DNA of 64,000 nucleotides from Meyerozyma guilliermondii (Eukaryota): NCBI GenBank assembly GCA_051546255.1, contig CP128820.1, positions 558,001 to 622,000 of the forward strand, read 5' to 3'. Shown piece by piece: positions 59,201 to 64,000 of this stretch (position 1 is its first letter; each line of letters starts with the position of its first letter). The notes under the pieces were generated by a model. It saw only the letters and a program-made list of their open reading frames with translations, ran no database searches and was not told where the DNA came from. The position numbers and the translations under genes were made by a program.

Positions 59201-62200
59201 ATGCTACGACCTAGCAACATTTCAACAAACTACTACAAGATAGCTCATCTCCATGATATCTCGTATCGCATCTACACGGCTGTGGACTCGGCAAATGAAC
59301 AAATGCTCTTGGAATTGGAGGTGCAAATCCGTCACGACCATCCATCTATCCTCATCAATTACTACAATAGATCGCTATTTGTGTTCCAGTTTTCCCATGT
59401 GGCCTCGTCTATCGACCTCCAGGAACTCTATCCTCAACTCAAATTGCTGCTGTCTCATACTTCCTCGCCAAAAGATCTCACCACCTCTCGAACGGTGCGC
59501 CCGGCTGCTGACGATCCGGTACCATATGCTGGGCTTTGCTTTTTGAAGGCGGTCAAGAAGCTTGTGTTGTTCAATCTCTCGCGTGCTGGCGCCGTGAAGC
59601 TTTTCGGAAACTATGCCGTGGCCGCCGATGATGAAAAAACCTACTCCATGATCTACCTCGATCCCATCTTACTTCCCTCTGGCGATGTGTTGGTATCGAT
59701 GTCTCGCCGGACAAAACCTCGTCTCTTGGCCACATCCGTGCTTGAAACATCTTCCTCGGCTTACTATGCAATTTACTTGATTCCTTCTGGAATTCGATGC
59801 CATTTATTCGGAGCCAATCTCGAAGCATGTCTCACTTCGGTGCCTCCAAGTAACCACAAACCGCTCATATCACTCCTAGAACGAGCCATCGGCGTATCCA
59901 TCAGTCTGGACATCCTCTGGGTGAAACTCGTGCCCAATTTGCAGCATTTAAACAACCAGACGTCTCCCATTTCGCAATTCGTCCATTCAGTAGATAACAA
60001 AAAGTATATCATGTGGCCATGGAACCTCTGTCTAGTTCAATACGGCCACACGGAGCATCTGGAGGAGCCGTTGAAGAACTCGCCGTTCGACCCTGTTGGC
60101 ATGATTTCTGAGTTTCTTGATTTTTCCATTAATGTGCATCTGCAAATGGCACCGCTGCCCCACGATTCTCAACTAGCACCTCCGTTCAGTGTTCCCAGTA
60201 TAATGTCTACCGATGCCAGCGGCGAGGTAGTAGAGGTAAGAGACTCGGTGGAAGATGAGGTGTTCCCGTCGCCGCTGGTCGGCCTTCCAAAGGAGAATGA
60301 AAGAAGCGAAAAACTGGACGACGAGCTCGATGATCTTTTTGGGGATAACAGCGAGCCGGAAAATGACGACAAGCAACAAATCAAAGACATTTCAGTTAAA
60401 GACACTACGACTGAAAATGGCGATGTCGAAATGCATCTGCCATCACCAAAAACCGAACATATTAGCAGTCCTTTAGTAGCTGCTACATCCATACAAAACC
60501 TGCAAATCCTGCAAAATAAACTGCCAAACCAGCTGAGTCAATCCCAGCAATCCCACCAAACATTTGTGGATATTCCCAAAGACCAAATGCTCACCAAAGA
60601 ACAAATGCTTGCTTCCTTCAGAGCCACCCCTCAGTCCTATGACGATCCTGGTGCTCCACCAGCCATCATGCCCACCCCTGTGGTACCCCAGCACTACCAG
60701 TCAACTCCGGGAGATACCATTCCGTCCAAATCGGTGTTCTCACCAATCTTGTTCAATCCTCTCATAAAGAACAATATAGACACAAAATACGGCAAAGGAG
60801 GAAAATTTTATGTTGAAAAAGATTCTTCTGTTGGCGTGGAAGATGCCAAGAGTAAAACAAGAGCAACCAGTGTCCTGGCTCCTACAAATAAAGACGGAGT
60901 AACAGGATTGGGAATTAGTCGACACCGCCAACTGAAAGATTATGAAGAAGTGTTCGCAGACGATGAATCCATGGACTCAGAGAAAAGCGCTAGTAGCGAT
61001 GAAAGTGACGAAGATGAAGCCGACGACAACGCAATAATGGAGAGTGTAACTCTGCCGTTGCGCCTTAATGTGGCAGATATGTCTGCCGATAATGTGAAGA
61101 GTGCACCGAATAATCCTTCCAACGGTGAAAACTTCAATGGAACTCATGGTCCCGATGGACAGTCGTCGTCTCTACCCACTTCTTCGGTGCCTATTTCTCT
61201 GTCGGTAGCTGGAGCAGGTCTTGCTTTCAATACAGGCTTGGCCAACGTCGACAGTTTCTACCTGCCTTTTATGAAAAATACAAAGAAAGACTGGCCCGAG
61301 TCTGTGCAACTGGAGGAAGTGCTGAACCCACTGGATGCATCGGAGCCAGCATCCACGAATGCTTCAGAACCTGCTCTGCGTAATCTGGAACCAGAAAGCG
61401 ACCATACCGAAGAAAAAAAGCAAGATAGCCAGCCGCCTTCTTCTTCCTCAACCAATTGTCTTCCATTGATATTGCGAGGCATCAATACCAGTACCATTCC
61501 CGATATGTTTTTGACTAATAATATCGAAAACAATATAAAGAACGAGCTCATTATGGATGTCGAAGCCGATACAGAAACTTCTGATCTTGGATGTGGAATG
61601 GAATTGAAAGCCAAGTCTGAGGGCTTGAACGATTTATTGGAGACTTTGGTCCCATCCCTAATTTTTGACCATGGATTGACAAACATAGATTCAAAATTGG
61701 TCCAGTATTTTGTCAATGACGAGGAAGAAGCGTTGGTTCACCTGGATCGAATCCCGCTCCACCTTTCTACCGCATTCCTGTCTCTCTTTCCTCATAGCTA
61801 CAATGTTTCATTGTTTGAGTTTCTCACCCCAATCTACGGCCAAGATGAGAAAACATCCTTTTTGGATGAACTAACCGTCACGGGAATGCTACAATTTGAA
61901 GGTGAAAAGCTCAATAATTTGCAGTGGGACGCTATATATCCTGATGCTGGAAACCAGGAATCAAGCGACATCGAGACATATCTCCAATTGGTTTCTCAGA
62001 TAGAAGAGTCTCCGGAACGGGAAGATTCAGGTATAATTGCCTTAAAAGAACCAATGATTACTGTTAAAAAAGACGATGCCATTATCAACTTGTCATCTAC
62101 GTCGCTTTCATTTTGGAACTTTTTGAACTTTAGTCCAGTAAATGGACCGAAAGACTTTCAAACTGTACTAGTGTGTGATTCGGATCCTAACAACACAGGG

Positions 62201-63886
62201 TCTCAATTCTTGGACTCTTTAGCATATTGTTATCACGAATGCTCGTTTGGAACTATGGCCAAGTTGAACTTGAATTCTCTGCTGAGTTTGGATTTACAAC
62301 GAATCAATGGAACCATCAATATCGTCTACGACGAGACACTGGAAAACGGTGGTGCCGTGAGGGTTGTGGAGCGAGAATTGATGAAGCTCGCGGAACTCAT
62401 CAAGCTAGATTTGATGGAAAAATCCAACAGCTTTGATTTCAAGAGTCCGTTTCTTCTACTTTTTGCACTCTCCGATACTCGTTTCAATGCCCACCTTCTG
62501 GTTGCAAAGTTACTAAGAAATTTCAGGCAAGTTTTGCGCCAGAACCAATTACCTATAGTCGAGGTATTTTGCCATATTATACCTTCATCGGTACTTTTTA
62601 AGGGTCCGCCGTCTTCCAGAAGTCTCCGCTACCTCTCCAGCTCGAAACTTTGTCGTATTGCTATGAGTCTTTACAATCAGTGCCCAACATTGAAACACAA
62701 CTCTGCAACGAGACCACTCAATAAAACCGCCTTTGCAACCTTGGCGAAAGACCCTCCTGAAAAGCTCCGTCTAAACCTTCCAGGTGCCACGAAAGACTCC
62801 AAAGACGCATACAGTGACGATATATTTCTTCATTTGGCGTACGAAAGAAGCATAGATAAAAGCTGGATTGTGGGTGTTTGGTCTGATCCTCGAGGACTAC
62901 TTACTCATACTAAAGCGTGGTACTGTTCGCCTTCTCGTCGTACAACTAAAGTTGCTAATAGTATTGAGGAGGTGTGCGACGACCTTTGGGCTCTTTCCAT
63001 GGAATTTTTCAAGAACCTAATCGAGCAAGCCAGCAAGAATGTTTCAGGAAGAAAGTTTTTGGTGCTCACGAGGGTGAACAATGTCATCCCCGATGACGAG
63101 CTAGTTCACTGGAAAAGGCTTAGTGTCAAGCACAAGGAAATCTCTTTGATTGTGCTATCGGTGAACAAATCTCCAAAGACAGTTTTCTCGAGTAGCTCCA
63201 ATGGAGAAGACGAAACCATGGAAAAAACCGAAAATGTTCCTACCACCATGCCTCCAGACATACCTCTGGTTGACTCAGATGTGTTTCGCCTTGGCTACGG
63301 AAACTCAAACAGCACTTCACCTGCTGCTATGATGGGCAGCTCTCCTAACAATATCAACTTTCTGTCTCCTCGTCAAATACTCAATGCTCTGGGTAATTTT
63401 TTGTCTCCGCAAGATCTAATTTCTACAGTGGGTTCTTTGGGAGGTCACAACGGAGTCAATGGTGGAGCCAGTCCGTCAAAAGTTGCAGAAGTTGTTGATA
63501 CCGAAAGAATCCTTGAAGATCCCAGCCAAGATATTTGTGCTGTGGTTCCAATCACCACCTTACCAACCGTCAATTCTCCCACTAGATTGGCTATGAAAAG
63601 TGGATACCTTTTAGGCTCTTTTGGACCCCAAATGTTGCAGTATGAAGTCAGTTTGCTTTCTTGTTCAAGCTATTGGAGTCCCGATGCAATTATGAAGATA
63701 TTGCTTCGTCATTACAAAAAGATGATAGTACTAGGAGATATCTTGTGTATCAAAGGCAAGTTTCAACCTCCTCAATTAAGCAAATCACGCTTCACTGATG
63801 AACAGGCGGCTTCAGCAATTGTTCCATGGCACATTACTGCCGTGACAAAAGCCTTGGATTACTTGGTCCATGTGGAAGTGAACTAA
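59201..63886 (+). CDS. SSN2: Mediator kinase module subunit Med13
   Basis: SNISTNYYKI, IMWPWNLC, DTKYGKGGKF, FSPVNGPK, LHLAYERSIDKSWIVGVWSD and IVPWHI. ATG at 59201. Confidence 0.9.
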   Translation: MLRPSNISTNYYKIAHLHDISYRIYTAVDSANEQMLLELEVQIRHDHPSILINYYNRSLFVFQFSHVASSIDLQELYPQLKLLLSHTSSPKDLTTSRTVRPAADDPVPYAGLCFLKAVKKLVLFNLSRAGAVKLFGNYAVAADDEKTYSMIYLDPILLPSGDVLVSMSRRTKPRLLATSVLETSSSAYYAIYLIPSGIRCHLFGANLEACLTSVPPSNHKPLISLLERAIGVSISLDILWVKLVPNLQHLNNQTSPISQFVHSVDNKKYIMWPWNLCLVQYGHTEHLEEPLKNSPFDPVGMISEFLDFSINVHLQMAPLPHDSQLAPPFSVPSIMSTDASGEVVEVRDSVEDEVFPSPLVGLPKENERSEKLDDELDDLFGDNSEPENDDKQQIKDISVKDTTTENGDVEMHLPSPKTEHISSPLVAATSIQNLQILQNKLPNQLSQSQQSHQTFVDIPKDQMLTKEQMLASFRATPQSYDDPGAPPAIMPTPVVPQHYQSTPGDTIPSKSVFSPILFNPLIKNNIDTKYGKGGKFYVEKDSSVGVEDAKSKTRATSVLAPTNKDGVTGLGISRHRQLKDYEEVFADDESMDSEKSASSDESDEDEADDNAIMESVTLPLRLNVADMSADNVKSAPNNPSNGENFNGTHGPDGQSSSLPTSSVPISLSVAGAGLAFNTGLANVDSFYLPFMKNTKKDWPESVQLEEVLNPLDASEPASTNASEPALRNLEPESDHTEEKKQDSQPPSSSSTNCLPLILRGINTSTIPDMFLTNNIENNIKNELIMDVEADTETSDLGCGMELKAKSEGLNDLLETLVPSLIFDHGLTNIDSKLVQYFVNDEEEALVHLDRIPLHLSTAFLSLFPHSYNVSLFEFLTPIYGQDEKTSFLDELTVTGMLQFEGEKLNNLQWDAIYPDAGNQESSDIETYLQLVSQIEESPEREDSGIIALKEPMITVKKDDAIINLSSTSLSFWNFLNFSPVNGPKDFQTVLVCDSDPNNTGSQFLDSLAYCYHECSFGTMAKLNLNSLLSLDLQRINGTINIVYDETLENGGAVRVVERELMKLAELIKLDLMEKSNSFDFKSPFLLLFALSDTRFNAHLLVAKLLRNFRQVLRQNQLPIVEVFCHIIPSSVLFKGPPSSRSLRYLSSSKLCRIAMSLYNQCPTLKHNSATRPLNKTAFATLAKDPPEKLRLNLPGATKDSKDAYSDDIFLHLAYERSIDKSWIVGVWSDPRGLLTHTKAWYCSPSRRTTKVANSIEEVCDDLWALSMEFFKNLIEQASKNVSGRKFLVLTRVNNVIPDDELVHWKRLSVKHKEISLIVLSVNKSPKTVFSSSSNGEDETMEKTENVPTTMPPDIPLVDSDVFRLGYGNSNSTSPAAMMGSSPNNINFLSPRQILNALGNFLSPQDLISTVGSLGGHNGVNGGASPSKVAEVVDTERILEDPSQDICAVVPITTLPTVNSPTRLAMKSGYLLGSFGPQMLQYEVSLLSCSSYWSPDAIMKILLRHYKKMIVLGDILCIKGKFQPPQLSKSRFTDEQAASAIVPWHITAVTKALDYLVHVEVN

Positions 63887-64000
63887 ATTGAGGAAGTGGA
63901 GAGAGGATCCAAAATTGGTGTGAGGTATTGTTTCTATTAAAGTTCCATGAGATTTTCATGAACTTAAATTGTTGTCTATAAGGTTGTATGGCAGAATTAT

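Overview
Gene-dense eukaryotic (budding yeast) DNA. CTG codons fall at invariant Ser positions in QNS1, KAR2, SSL1 and BCY1, so this is a CUG-Ser clade yeast. GC content and gene style suggest a Meyerozyma-like species (inference). The supplied standard-code translations therefore misread CTG as Leu. The window holds about 33 protein genes, mostly conserved housekeeping genes (ESP1, MPP10, MRM2, RRN3, REG1, VPS54, MRI1, PEX12, NOT3, KAR2, BCY1, TAD2, PPE1, QNS1, ERG28, SSL1, SPT5, APT1, DYN2, SSN2). It also has cell-wall or secreted genes (GH76, TOS1/TOH1-like, PIR, PRA1), a xanthine dioxygenase, a cyanamide hydratase, an amino-acid permease and two identical tRNA-Leu(CAA) genes. No mobile element or CRISPR array was seen. 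Most notable: (1) six CGG-N4-CCG sites, including a 32-bp quasi-palindrome, upstream of the xanthine dioxygenase; (2) a secreted Cys-containing orphan with an aerolysin/ETX-like beta-hairpin pattern; (3) three tiny in-frame, stop-free introns hidden inside ORF-track ORFs; (4) a recurring gene-oriented TT(T/C)GCA(G/A)CC promoter motif; (5) a 45-bp repeat built from the MRI1 3' end that also supplies the VPS54 stop codon.
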